Positions 27,401 through 39,834 of a stretch of 64,000 bases of DNA are shown here, piece by piece (the first letter of the stretch is position 1; every line of letters begins with the position of its first letter). The position numbers and the translations under genes were made by a program. A model generated the notes under the pieces. The model was not told the DNA's origin. It did not search any database and saw nothing but the letters and a program-made list of their open reading frames with translations. This DNA is from Balanoglossus misakiensis (lineage: Eukaryota; Animalia; Hemichordata). The stretch lies in NCBI GenBank assembly GCA_040954595.2, contig CM082584.2, positions 2,635,344 through 2,699,343 on the forward strand, given 5' to 3'.

Positions 27401-30400
27401 TACAGACTTGGCGTTTGGAGGGTTGGGACTAAAATTGAAAAGCCAAAATTGGGGTCACCTGTGACACCTGCTTATCTCATTAATTATGTGCATACCTAAT
27501 TCCAGGCTAAGCAATAGGGCTAGAGGTTTGATTTATGCTGACCATGGACCAGTATGGGGTCAAAATTTTTTGCCCAAATTTTGGGTGACCTCAGGTGACC
27601 TTTGACCTACTTTACCATATCTCGGCATCCACAGCAGATACAGCCTTGGCATTTGGAGGGATGGAACTCCTGATGGAGCCTTACACTTTATCTCATTAAT
27701 TATGCGCATACCTAATTGTAGGCGAACCAATAGGGCTAGAGATTTTGTTCTTGTGGGACACGGACCAGTATGGGGGTCAAAATTTCTTGCCCAAATTTCG
27801 GGTGACCTCTTATGACCTTTGACCTTCGGCTTAAGCTTGGGCCCGTCATCGCTGCTTGCAGCTATATTTAGGGCCCAAGCGCATACCAGCGCTTGGGCCC
27901 TATTGGTTTCGTTGGGGTTTTTCAGTCTTTCTTTCTTTCCTTCTTTATTCTTGGTTCCATTTTTCGGCCACCTAAATCTCAAAAACTGCAGCACCAACCA
28001 GGCTGAAACTTGGTAGGCAGATACGGGCCAATGAGTAGATGTGCAGTGGCTCGTGAATATTTAATTAGTCACGTGACCTGGCGGCCATATTGGATTTTCT
28101 GAAAAAATGCAAATCTCAGATCTCAGAAACTACAAGTCAGATTGACTTCAAATTTGGTGTGCAGCTAGTATACCTTATGCCCATCATTTTTGTAATTGGA
28201 TATTATGCTGTCAATGTTGCAGTTTTTTTGCTACAGTTGTTTTTCTGAAATCTGGTCAAATATTCAAAAATCTTCTTCTCCAGAACCGGCGATAACCGAG
28301 TCACGCCATTTGGGGTATGTGGTCACCTAACTGATGTCTATCAAGTTTGCGAAGATAATTGTGATTGGTCGAAGATTATGGCGGCCATATTGGATTTTCA
28401 AAAAACCATAGTAAAACTTCAAAAATCTTCTTCTCCAGAACGGGCGATAACCGAGTCACAAGATTTGGTGTGTGTGGTCATTAAACAGATGTCTATCAAG
28501 TTTGCGAAGGGGAATGTGATTGGTCGAAGATTATGGCGGCCATATTGGATTTTGTGAAAATCGATTAAAAAGTAAAAATTCCCTTTCTAGCCTAAACATT
28601 GATAGCACAGAAATTCTTTTTATGGATATGAATCATCATATGACAAGAATTAGCTATAAATATTTTGGTAATTTTGGCAATGACCTTTGACCTACTTTTG
28701 ATGCATCATTTTTCTGCATATCTAATTCCAGGCTAACCAATAGGGCTATAAGTTTGGTTTTTGAGGTATTTGGATTTGTATGTGATCAAAAATTTTTGCA
28801 ACTTTTCATGACCCCTTTGACCTCTGCTGACCTCATTAAATATGCATATACCTAATTACAGATGAACCAATAGACCTAGAGGTTTTGTTTTTGTTATACA
28901 TGGACCAGTATGGGGTCAAAATATTTTGCCCAAATGTTGGGTGACCTCGGGTGACCTTTGACCTACTTTTGCATATCTCGACATCCACAGCAGATACAGC
29001 CTTGGCGTTTGGAGGTATGGGGCCATAATGAAAAGCCAAAGTTTTGGGTCACCTGTGACACCTGCTTAACTCATTATTTATGTGCATACCTAATTCTGGG
29101 CTAACCAAAAGGGCTAGAGGTCTGGTTTTTGTTGGACATGGACCACTATGGGTCAAAATTTTCTGCCCAAATTGTGGGTGACCTCTGGGTGACCTTTGAC
29201 CTACTTAACACTATTTCAGCACCAAACATGCATTATGTTTCTACTCATTAATTATGTGCATATCTAATAATCAGATCAGATAATAGAGCTTGGGCCCGGA
29301 CAATGCTGCTTGCAGCTTTAATCTTTCTTTCTTTTTTCTTGTGTCAATTTCTTCGGCCAACGAGATCTCTGAAACTACTGCAGGTACACTTCTCAAACTT
29401 GCTACAGTGGTCAAGGTCAATGAGTAGATGTGCAGTGACTTGTGAATAATTAATTAGTCACGTGACCTGGCGGCCATATTGGATTTTCTGAAAAAATTCA
29501 AATCTCAGATCTCAGAAACTACAAGTCAGATCGACTTCAAATTTGGCATGCAGGTAGACTACCTTCTACCCATCATTTTTGTAATTGGAAATTTTGCTGT
29601 CAATGTTGCAGTTTTTTTGCTACAATTTTTTTTCTGAAATCTGGCTTAAATTTCAAAAATCTTCTTCTCCAGAACCAGTGATAACCGAGACACGGGGTTT
29701 GGGGTATGTGGTCACCTAACTGATGTCTATCAAGTTTGCGAAGATCATTGTGATTGGTCGAAGATTATGGCGGCCATATTGGATTTTAGAAAAACCATAG
29801 TTAAACTCCAAAAATCTTCTTCTCCAGAACGGGCGATGACTGAGTCGCAAGATTCGGGGAGTATGGTCACTACACTGATGTCTATCAAGTTTGCAAAGAG
29901 CATTGTGATTGGTCGAAGATTATGGCGGCCATATTGGATTTTGTAAAAAGCAGTGAAAAATTGAAATTCCTTTTTCTAGTCTAAAAATTGATAGCATACA
30001 AATTCTTTTCATGGATATCAATCGGCATGTGACTAAAATATGTTACAATTTTTCGGCGATTTTTCACATGACCTTTGACCTACTTATCACGCGTTAGTAT
30101 TTCTGCATATTCTAATTCCAGGCTAACCTGTAGGGCTAGACGTTTGGTTTTTGATGAATGTGGATTAGTGTGTGATCAAATTATTTTGCTACTTTTCATG
30201 ACCCCTTTGACCTCTGCTGACCTCATTAATTATGTGCATAGCTAATTACAGGCGAACCAATAGAGCTAGAGGTTTGGTTTTTGTTGGACACAGACCAGTA
30301 TGAGATCAAACTTTTTTGCCCAAATGTTGCGTGACCTCTGGTGACCTTTGACCTACTTTCGCATATCTCAGCATCCAGAGCAGATACAGCCATGGCATTT

Positions 30401-32215
30401 GGTAGGATGGGACCAAAATGTAAAGCCACATTTTTGAGTCACCTGTGACACCTGCTGACCTCATTAAATATGCACATACCTAATTACAGGCGAACCAATA
30501 GAGCTAGAGTTTTGTTTTTTGTTGGACATGGACCAGTGTGGGATCAAAATTTTTTGCCCAAATGTTGCGTGACCTCTGGTGACCTTTGACCTACTTCACC
30601 CTATTTCAGCAGCAAAAATACACACATCCTTGTTATGTCATCAGATAATACATACGATAGAAAATTCTGTTTTTTCTCATTCATACTGTGCATATATAAT
30701 TCAAGATCAGCGCTTGGGCCCGACAATGCTGCTTGCAGCTTTAATTTTTTATTATTATTATTATTATTATTATTCTTCCCACTCTTAAAAACAGCCGCTA
30801 TTCGAAGACTGTTGCACCCAATGACTTGAAATTTGGCTCATAGGTAAAACTCAAAGCAAGTAATTTTCTGATCATGTAACTATGGCAACAGGTCACATGA
30901 CCTGGCAGCCATCTTGGATTGAAAGTTTAAAATTGATCTCATTTGCATAAAAAATGACGAATCAAAATTCTTTGAACAAACTTTGTGGACCATATGGCCA
31001 GGGTCCTATATGCAAAATTTCAATGTTCAAGTCTTTGCCGATTTTGAGGAGATGATTTTTAAAGCATTATTTTTCATATTTTTCAAGACCATTGGACCCA
31101 GCCTTAGGCCTATACTTTCCATAGTTAAGCTATGGCCACCTAGGATCTTAGATTTATGCCCAATATCTCAACATCCGCTGGGCTGATCAGCTTCAAATTT
31201 ATTGTGCAGCTAGCCTACCTTCCAACAATCAGTTCCAACTGGAAAAAATAATATGAAAAATCGACCGATTTTTTTATATTAATTTTTTTATGAAATCTAT
31301 ACCTATACGTATTCCACTATAGTTAAGCTATGGCCAAGTCGTTTTGTAGAATTCTGGTTGGTGCAATAGTCCTATCGGCCAGTGTGCAGCATAGGACCAC
31401 AAGAAGCCAAATTAATTCAAGGGTCACCTGTGACACCTGCCTAACTCATTAATTATGTGCATACCTAATTCGAGGCAAACCAATAGGGCTACAGGTCTGG
31501 TGTTTGTTAGACATGGACCAGTATGGGGTCAAATTATCCCCCAAAATTTGGGGTGACCTTGAGTGACCTTTGACCTTCTTCCGCATATCTCGGCATCCAG
31601 AGCAGGTACAGCTTAGGTGTTTGGGTGGATGGTACCAAAATAAGAAGCCAAATTCAAGGGTCACCTGTGACACCTGCCTAACTCATTAATTATGTGCATA
31701 CCTAATTCCAGGCAAACCAATAGGGCTACAGGTCTGATTTTTGTTGGACATGAACCAGTATGGGGTCAAATTATCCCCCAAAATTTGGGGTGACCTTGGG
31801 TGACCTTTGACCTACTTCCTCATATCTCGGCATTTACAGCAGGTACAGCTTAGGTGTTTGGGTGGATGGTACCAAAATAAGAAGCCAAAATTTAGGGTCA
31901 CCTGTGACACCTGCCTAACTCATTAATTATGTGCATACCTAATTCTAGGCGAACCAAGGGGGCTACAGGTCTGGTGTTTGTTGGATATGTACCACTATGG
32001 GGTCAAATGTTTTTGCCCACATTTTGGGTGACCTTGGGTGACCTTTGACCTACTTCCACATATCTCAGCATCTAGAGCAGGTACAGCTTAGGTGTTGACC
32101 AACTTTCCCACATCCTCCACCCTGACTAATTAAATATGCACATATCTATCTCCAGGCGAACCAATAGGGCTAGCAGTGTCTCGAAACCCGCTTATTGCTG
32201 TTCACAGCTATATTT
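24485..32215 (+). mobile_element. Nest of five Helentron/HINE (DINE-1-like) non-autonomous elements
   Basis: Heads (tt-agggcccaagc..gcttgggccctattg or tt-agggtttcgaga) at ~24485, 24515, 24569, 24620, 27869. Tails (gcttgggccc or tctcgaaaccc + GCTGCTTGCAGC-type hairpin + T-run) ending ~26304, 27869, 29322, 30745, 32215. (TTC)n/(TTTC)n/(ATT)n start the bodies; ~238-bp internal tandem repeats. Confidence 0.8.
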
Positions 32216-35200
32216 CAGATTTAGAACTGTACTGCCAACACAAGATCTTAATCATGTTTGTAAATGCCATGTGTTTCAGCCCAAGAGCTTATATCCCTGA
32301 TCGAAAATGAGTTGAAACTTTCCAACTATGAAACAACGTGGCTGGAAGCAAAAAGAGCATGTGAGCAGGACAGTGGGCATCTGTTGAGGTTTTACGACCA
32401 AGAGACCATGAATATAGTTGTCAGCTTTATAGCGTTATTGGTTTGGCGAGGTGATGTCCTACCACATTCCGGTAAAGAGTAATAGAGTACCCAACTTTGT
32501 CATTACTGCTTGTTCATACGAACGATGTCTTCTCACTCAGAAGTATAATTGTTGTAATAATCAACATGACTTTTAAAGTAAACAAATCTACATGTATTAC
32601 TCAACGTTCAACATGCTTTTCCTCTTTGCAATGGTTTACAGAATTCGTTTGGATCGACGCCAATGATAGAGAGACTAATGGTCACTTTGTTCACTCAGAC
32701 GGTTCGAGTATAGATATAAGTATCGAAGTAATGGATTTGGTGTTTGGAACAGACACCAATTACGGTGCACATTGTGGTGTAATATGGTAATGTTGTTTTA
32801 ATTTTAAAGGGGTCTGACCTGACCTGCGTGTTGTGCGATTTATATTTGCAACGAGATCTCTATTGGCGAGGCCTTTGATGTAGAACGGCTAATATGACAG
32901 AACCCCACCACCAGATGGATCAAGCGCGGTATTTGAACGAGTGCTGGTGGTGTATTCTGTTGCAGCACGATCTCGCCATCGGGTTCTGTTATTATTACAT
33001 ATGATACTCCCATTTTAGACGAAAACATCGAAAACACCATAAGAACACCATCCGAAAATTAAAGAAACGAGATCAGGCAACGATATTGGTTGTTTCGTGG
33101 ACAGGTCACACTACGATGATATCACAATTTTTTATAGGCTAGTTACACCACACTCCCATCTTTCATTGGACAATGTTGTTTACTAGTCATACAACTAGTG
33201 GCACCCAGAAATGTATACATCGCCATGCCAGAGGAACATACATTGTATAACGACATAACAAGATAATTGAAAAGATTCCTACAACACAACCTGAAAAACC
33301 TGTCCTAAATATCAGCAAGTAACCTAGCACAACGACTGCGACTTTCACAGATGTCGGCATCAGTATGTCGCAAACAGGATACTGCAAGTGTCAGATGAAG
33401 AAACGGGGTGTAAACGTAAACGGCAGGCCATATGTAATATATGTAATATAGCTTTATCAATACCAGTGAATTTTGAGACGTCATAGCTATACATTATTAC
33501 TTATAATGTATCGTTATTCGATGGACGCGCGACGCGCCCAAGAACCAGTGGACGTGTACAATTTCCGACTGAATAACGGAGGATTTCGAACAATGCGAAC
33601 ATTTTAAGGGGTAAAAAAAGAAATGCAAACATAAACAGAATAAATACGGCGATATTTATTAATTTCCAAACCCGACCTCGAACGGCGATTTGTTTATTTT
33701 TTTCTTCCTACTGCGTCGGTACATGTCGTCTGCTCTTGAATCACGCGCAGTCAACATGGCTCGCTCACGCACGTAAAGCAAACCTCTCGATGATGATGCT
33801 GGATTTGACATTCGTTCACCATACATACCGTGTACCATGTACCAAGCAGTCATGTCAACGAAGCTATACGTAAACAAATTATGCCGCAAGTGTCACTGTC
33901 ATGTTGTCTACGTGGTACGGAAGGTCGATCGAGGGCGAGTTTGTTTATGTATTGCAACCTTCGGAGCGCCCGTATACGTGAACTTTCCCGAGAACGCAAA
34001 CGAATTTTTACTCGTTGCGGATTTAATTTTGAAATTCAGGAAAACGGAATTTGAAAACAGGTAAAAAGCAACATGCTTTACTAAAAAAAAACGGTTATCC
34101 ATTCCACTTTTTGTTGCATCCACTATAAACTAAACCTATCACAAGCAAGAAGTCATAGTTGTCCGGCCTGAAATCAATTCTATTTTTTACGTCAATAAAG
34201 GTTTTCTGTAAAGAGTATTGTGGATAGATGGTATGCATTTGCATACAGAGGATAAATGGACGCACTATGATGGGACACCACTGACTTACTTACCATGGGC
34301 GGACCACCAGCCATACGGTAGCCCTTGGAGAACATGTATTCGAGCGGATTTGTAATTATTTATTTGTCTTCACCAAACCATGTTTCCCTAGCAGAATATT
34401 GGTGAATGTAACACCATCACAATTAGACACTCTAACGCAATGTATCCACAGTAAACAGTTTCGTCTGGATAAGGTGTACTGCTATGTTAACTAGAAAATG
34501 TACAGTGACTGCGCGTCCGTGATCTGTTGTCTCCATCTATAAGTAGAGCACATATGTGCATCAAGTTGAGTAAGGATGTGTAGCTTAGGCCGACGATCAT
34601 CTTATGCGCATGTGCGTACTTTCGTATGTACAAACAATACGTCCAACCCAAATGTTCTGCAAAGTTTGCCTTTGGCACATTCAAATAGTTGGCTGCATCC
34701 GCATCCTTTCTTATTGCATGGGCGCCGAATATGAGACTTTAGATTTGTCCCTTCGTTTAATCCAATTTGTTGTCTGTTCCTGATCTCCAACACAGACTAG
34801 TCTCCGCCATCTTGTCTGTTGTTATAACAGCATACTGCCCGAGTCTCTAGTTTGGCTCATGCGCATAAGGCGTTCGTCGCCCTTTAATGAAGCCTAAGGA
34901 ATGTGACACAATTCAGATTCAGCTGATAACATGTTTTAATGATTTTTCCTGATAATCGTATTGACCGGAATTAGTAACGATTTTTTATTGTAATTTTTTA
35001 GAGCCACAAAATTGTACATTTTGGATGATTGTCTACTTTAACGAAGATTTGTCTGTCGATATGGTAGGTGTATATGTTAAACTTTATCAAATCGTTCAAC
35101 AGTAAACCAGAGACTCCCATGCAAATTGGTTAAGCAATACTTGTTGTATGAAGTAAAGACGAATGGCGACCTTTTAGGATTTTGGTCGGGTTTCTAATGT

Positions 35201-36416
35201 GTGCAGTTTCATTGTATTGCAAAGTTGTGGCGTAATAATTGTACCATGTTTGTTAATATGTTGAACTCTAAATAGATGTAACTTGAGTCACGAACGGTTG
35301 CGACATGCAAGTACTGAAATGTCGCCATCTCAGAAAAGAACTGCATCGCCACTTCTTGTATTGGTTCTCTCTTGCGTGTCTAATAAAACCTTCGTCGCGA
35401 GAACGTTACATTATCCACATTACCGGCAGACAAAATAAGTGTAAACGTCCTCCAAAAATAAACGGGAAACCCGTTTTACTAAGAGGTGTATCCGATCTGC
35501 ACCATCGATTTATTGCAGTTTGAATGAATGATGTTACCAGAAATTGCAATATTCAGCGTGGCAGTTTCTTGTCAGATATGGACCTAACATGCTTCAATGA
35601 ATCACTAATACAAGCCGAAGTAAACATGGCGCCCTTTTGTGACCCAACGCTTCTTTGAATACCACTTATCCTAAACCAGTTATATCTTGTGGGTTTTACA
35701 TTACAGGTGAACCAGTGTCGAATACACCTGGGTATACAGACCATGTTAGCTCTGATGTTACTGACACCAGTTATTCAAAAATGTCAACAGATGTCACAGA
35801 AGATACTGGCGCTGATGCTAAATCTGAAACTAGAATGACTGAAACAGAATCCTCGTTAGAGTTAACCGTAATGCAGCGATACGAAACGACAGATAACGAA
35901 GTTTTGACAGACATCCCTGATTACAAGGGCACTGAGAGCGTGTCTGGTTTCATCTTGAAGGAAACCCCTACTATAACGGCTACAACTGTAGTGCATGGGG
36001 GGGGATTTTGGCGCTATATAAACTTTGTTGCTTGATTGATTGATTGATGGGACTGAACCAGACGTTGAGGGAGACCACACTGATTCTGTCTCCATATCAA
36101 CAGATACAATCGACGCCAGCATCTTCTCTCAACATACTGCATGTAAAGGTCCACTGTGCCAACATTTCCCAAGCATTAGTGTTGTCGATGGCTATTCGAA
36201 AGTAAGTATAGGCCCACTGTGCTTCACAATCACAATTGTAGAAACAAAACACAATCAAATAATATAAAATGAGACTGGGCGGCCTTAATATTTTTGAAAC
36301 ACCTGCATGATATCACTTCTTTATTTTGCCAGAGGTCCGTGCATCTTTCTTTCATGGTTTTGTCTTCTGGCTGCATTTATGGTTGTCTGTGCTAGGCCAC
36401 GCTGTGCTGCTGATGT

Positions 36417-36474
36417 TGTGTGTGTGTGTGTGTGTGTTTGTGTGGGTGTGTGTGTGTGTGTGTATGTGTGTGTG
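36417..36474 (+). repeat. (GT)n microsatellite
   Basis: Direct inspection. Confidence 0.95.
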
Positions 36475-38399
36475 GTTTTTGATTGGCCATTTACCAGTCA
36501 ATGGTAAAATATATTTGCCTAGTGATTTTATTGAATATATAGATGGTTATGCTCGCAAATATATAATACTGTATTTCATAAGTAACCTGAATGGATCCTG
36601 CCCACGTCACAAGTAACCCGAATGAATCCTGTCCACGCCTATAGCCCAAGGCCTCATATTCTGCACTTTAAGCTTTTTTGCTATCAATTTTTTTTCTTGA
36701 CAGGTGACGAACTCGGTAACAATGACAACACTTTCATGGTTCTAGTCCTAGGCTTTTTCGCTGCATATCTGGCTGTGCATATTGTGTTGATCCTCGGGAT
36801 TTCGCGTTTTGTAAGAAACCTAGACCCTGCTCCGAAGTTGAAAAATGACAGAATACTGTTCTGGCTTTGAGCTTTATCCGTGTTATTGATTCAATGATCG
36901 AATGCAAAATATTATTTATGATTGTTAGTTAGGTTTCTCTTACATTAAGCGCAACACTGTCGATTTATTACATTTAATAATTAAGATTAAGCTAAATAAA
37001 AAGGTCAGCATTTAAACCGTATTGGAATTGAATTGTAACTACATTTATTTTTGAACAAATGTGACACAGGTGTATTAATTATCGTAGGTTTCCAATGTAT
37101 AGAGGACATATTCACTATGGACCTAGGTAGTTATTATGTGCACATGCGTATATTCAACTACTGGAGGATATCTTTTTGGACTTACTGTAATACCTGTGCT
37201 GTATTGTGTTGTGTTTGTCTGTACAATATGCCATATAAATGTGATAATTGATTGAATATATTTGGAATATGGATGGATATGATCGGAATTATTTGATTAT
37301 GATTAGTGTTATTTTAATAAACGTACATACTTTCTTTCGCTATCACTTATAACTTCGCATATGTGTTGTTGTTGTTTTTCCTGGAACGGAATTCGAAATA
37401 CCGCCCAAGGCAGTAGTTGATGGTTGTGAGGTAATTGCAATAGTTTTGTTTGTCCCGATCGCCATGTTCCAGTGGGGCGTACAAATTTCGGTCTGTCCTT
37501 CCTTCACATGCGGAGATGAATTTCATTCAAATCTTGCAACACAAATGTCTATAGTGCTGCATGTTTATCGTGAATGTCAGAGAACCATATGATTTGTTTA
37601 CATTGCTCAAATCTGTTAAAAAGAACAATCCATCTCTCTTTGATCCTCTTGTTATACCCAGTACTCGCTAACCGAAATTTACTTTATCATCTTAATCTGT
37701 GGACGGGGCACACAGATTAAGTTGTTTGCAGGTGCTTAATTGGAAATGTGATAGCTTTTATTTTGGATTAGCAAATAACAAGACAGGTGGGGAAAATGCA
37801 GATCGGAACTCCCCCATTTATAACTTTAATGTTTGCAGCCCCCCTGTCATATCAACCAGTCATATTTTCAACCCTTTGTACACGTTCGTACGCCGCACTG
37901 ATTGGGAAGAAATGTGTTAACACACTATTTTTGGATCTGGTGGCTTTAATAGTGGAGTGATGGAAATTATATTGGTCAATTTCAAATAACATAACATGAA
38001 ACTATATTTCCCCACCCTGGTATAAAACCCTCTTCAGGTTGGGAATGGCTTGCCACATTGCCAAATTTTCTTTCTGGGACGCAGGTGAGCAGTTGAGCAC
38101 TTAGATTGATGTATGTAAATTTGGCACTAAAATAACAACCGGTAATTCTTGAATTATTAAAACTGGATTATAATTACATTATGATACTTTTATTTTAATA
38201 CCTATCTGAAATCACATTACAAGTATAATAAATAACTTTTGCATTACAATTTACATAAACTGCCTACCGATCTCTACTATTGTGAATCAAGACAATGTCA
38301 ATGACCCTAATACACACTTCACACTACTACACATTTTATACTGATTCAGGGATCCTCTGCTATCTGACATTCAACAGGCTTCTAGTCTAAAAATATTCA

Positions 38400-38553
38400 A
38401 CCAATAGAATTTGAGCTTTCTTTTTACAGCACACTCATTATCATACCAATGGCCATCTGTGCGTCCACATTGATTAGGTATTATTGGCGGTCCAAACATA
38501 TTACAGTCTTCCCCCCCCCCCGCCTCTTCCAACTCAGTTGTAAGATTATCGAC
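38400..38553 (-). pseudogene. Isolated C-type lectin domain C-terminal exon (fragment)
   Basis: Acceptor acacag| then DN...GGEDC...DGHWYDNECAVKRK, matching the CTLD 'PDN..EDC...W.D..C' signature. The final FIC motif is lost. Confidence 0.5.
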
Positions 38554-39834
38554 TGTGTACATTTAAATTAACCAATGATAAAACATGTCCAATTTTGTCT
38601 CTGCCATACACTGTTGAGGAGAAATGTTTGATAGCTGATCGTTATTTTTGCCTGCACCTGTACTTTCAAACATTCTTGACTCGGACAGGACATGCGGCTG
38701 TACAACATTAAAGAGACAAAGTCTCTCTCTCGCTGCCCTTTTCTATTAATTATGTTTGATACAAGACTAGGATTACATTCTACATGTGGACATATAGTGA
38801 ATCAACATTCGCCACACACAACTTCCATCCCATTTGTAGACACCAGAGTGAAAAATCTTGCCAAAATGAATAATTGGTGTTAATTTTTTTTTCGGCCAGA
38901 TTTTTACTCTCATGTAAACAAACAGGATGGAAATTGTTTACAGTTAATTAATGGTGACGTCAAAACATAGAGGGCGTCCATGGTAACTATACACTCTTTC
39001 CAATATTTATTGTTGGCTGGTTTTACTGTCAATCATGACAAAGTGCTCCCCAAAAAGCCTCAAGAACTGCCACTGTTTACATTATGTTCATTACTTTATT
39101 ATCCCACTTTAAATAGATTGGTACATACTATAAGGCAAACATGAACATCTCATCGACGCACAATTATGGCTGTATTTTGCAAATTATTCACATTATATAT
39201 TTAATGTGTGCCGCACCCATTTCATCAGCCTCCATACAAACAGTACACTGCAGCTAACGTGGTAAGTGTCTCCAATAGAAGACAAACTGATGCAAATACA
39301 AGTTATATGACTTAATGCTGGGGATTTTAAATGATATTTGAGGTATTTTATTGTGGAAAAAAACGGGAGAAATTTGACAGCTCTGGAGGCTTCAAACGAT
39401 GTGTATATAGGAAATGTTCATCATTATCGGGAACTGAATTATATTAAAATGAAAATGCTTATTGTGGATTTTCTAGCTGAGCAATTTTAAACTTAGAATT
39501 AAGACCACTTATACTTAAAACCCATCTTTTTATGAAAGCATTTATACACTAATTCTTTTACACTTTTTACAACTTTTATATACCTTTTTAGCGTTTTTAT
39601 GTCGAATTTTTTAGCTTGTATTTTTAGTGTACTTTTCATCATGTAGTAAAGCGCATTGAGATTTTAGTCCATTATGTAATGCGCTATATAATAAATAATA
39701 ATTATTATTATTTTCATTATTTAGTAAAAACAACAGAAACATAATTAACTCAGGATTTGTTTTTCCTGCTTTTGTTAAATACTTCACAGAGAGCAATATT
39801 ATCTAGGCGTTTTTATTAATGGTGTAATCGACTG

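Larger units (their letters stand above)
24133..36870 (+). pseudogene. Type-I membrane C-type lectin receptor (two CTLDs, Ser/Thr-rich stalk, TM), probably pseudogenised
   Basis: Phase-compatible exons: putative signal exon 24133-24214 (stop at codon 3); 32280-32471 (TWLEAKRACEQDSGHL); 32642-32786 (VWIDAND..GHFVHSDG..HCG); 34249-~34351 (WTHYDGTPLTYLPWADHQP..C); 35002-~35063 (DDC..*RRFVC, TAA at 35039); 35707-~36201 (S/T/E-rich, broken near a G-run at ~36000); 36704-36870 (hydrophobic FMVLVLGFFAAYLAVHIVLILGI). The link between the two CTLDs is unresolved. Confidence 0.65.

Noticed and set aside
33430-34190. CpG-rich intronic insert, possibly another Crypton-like element
   Set aside because: Ends and target site could not be defined, and the overlapping ORFs are uninformative.
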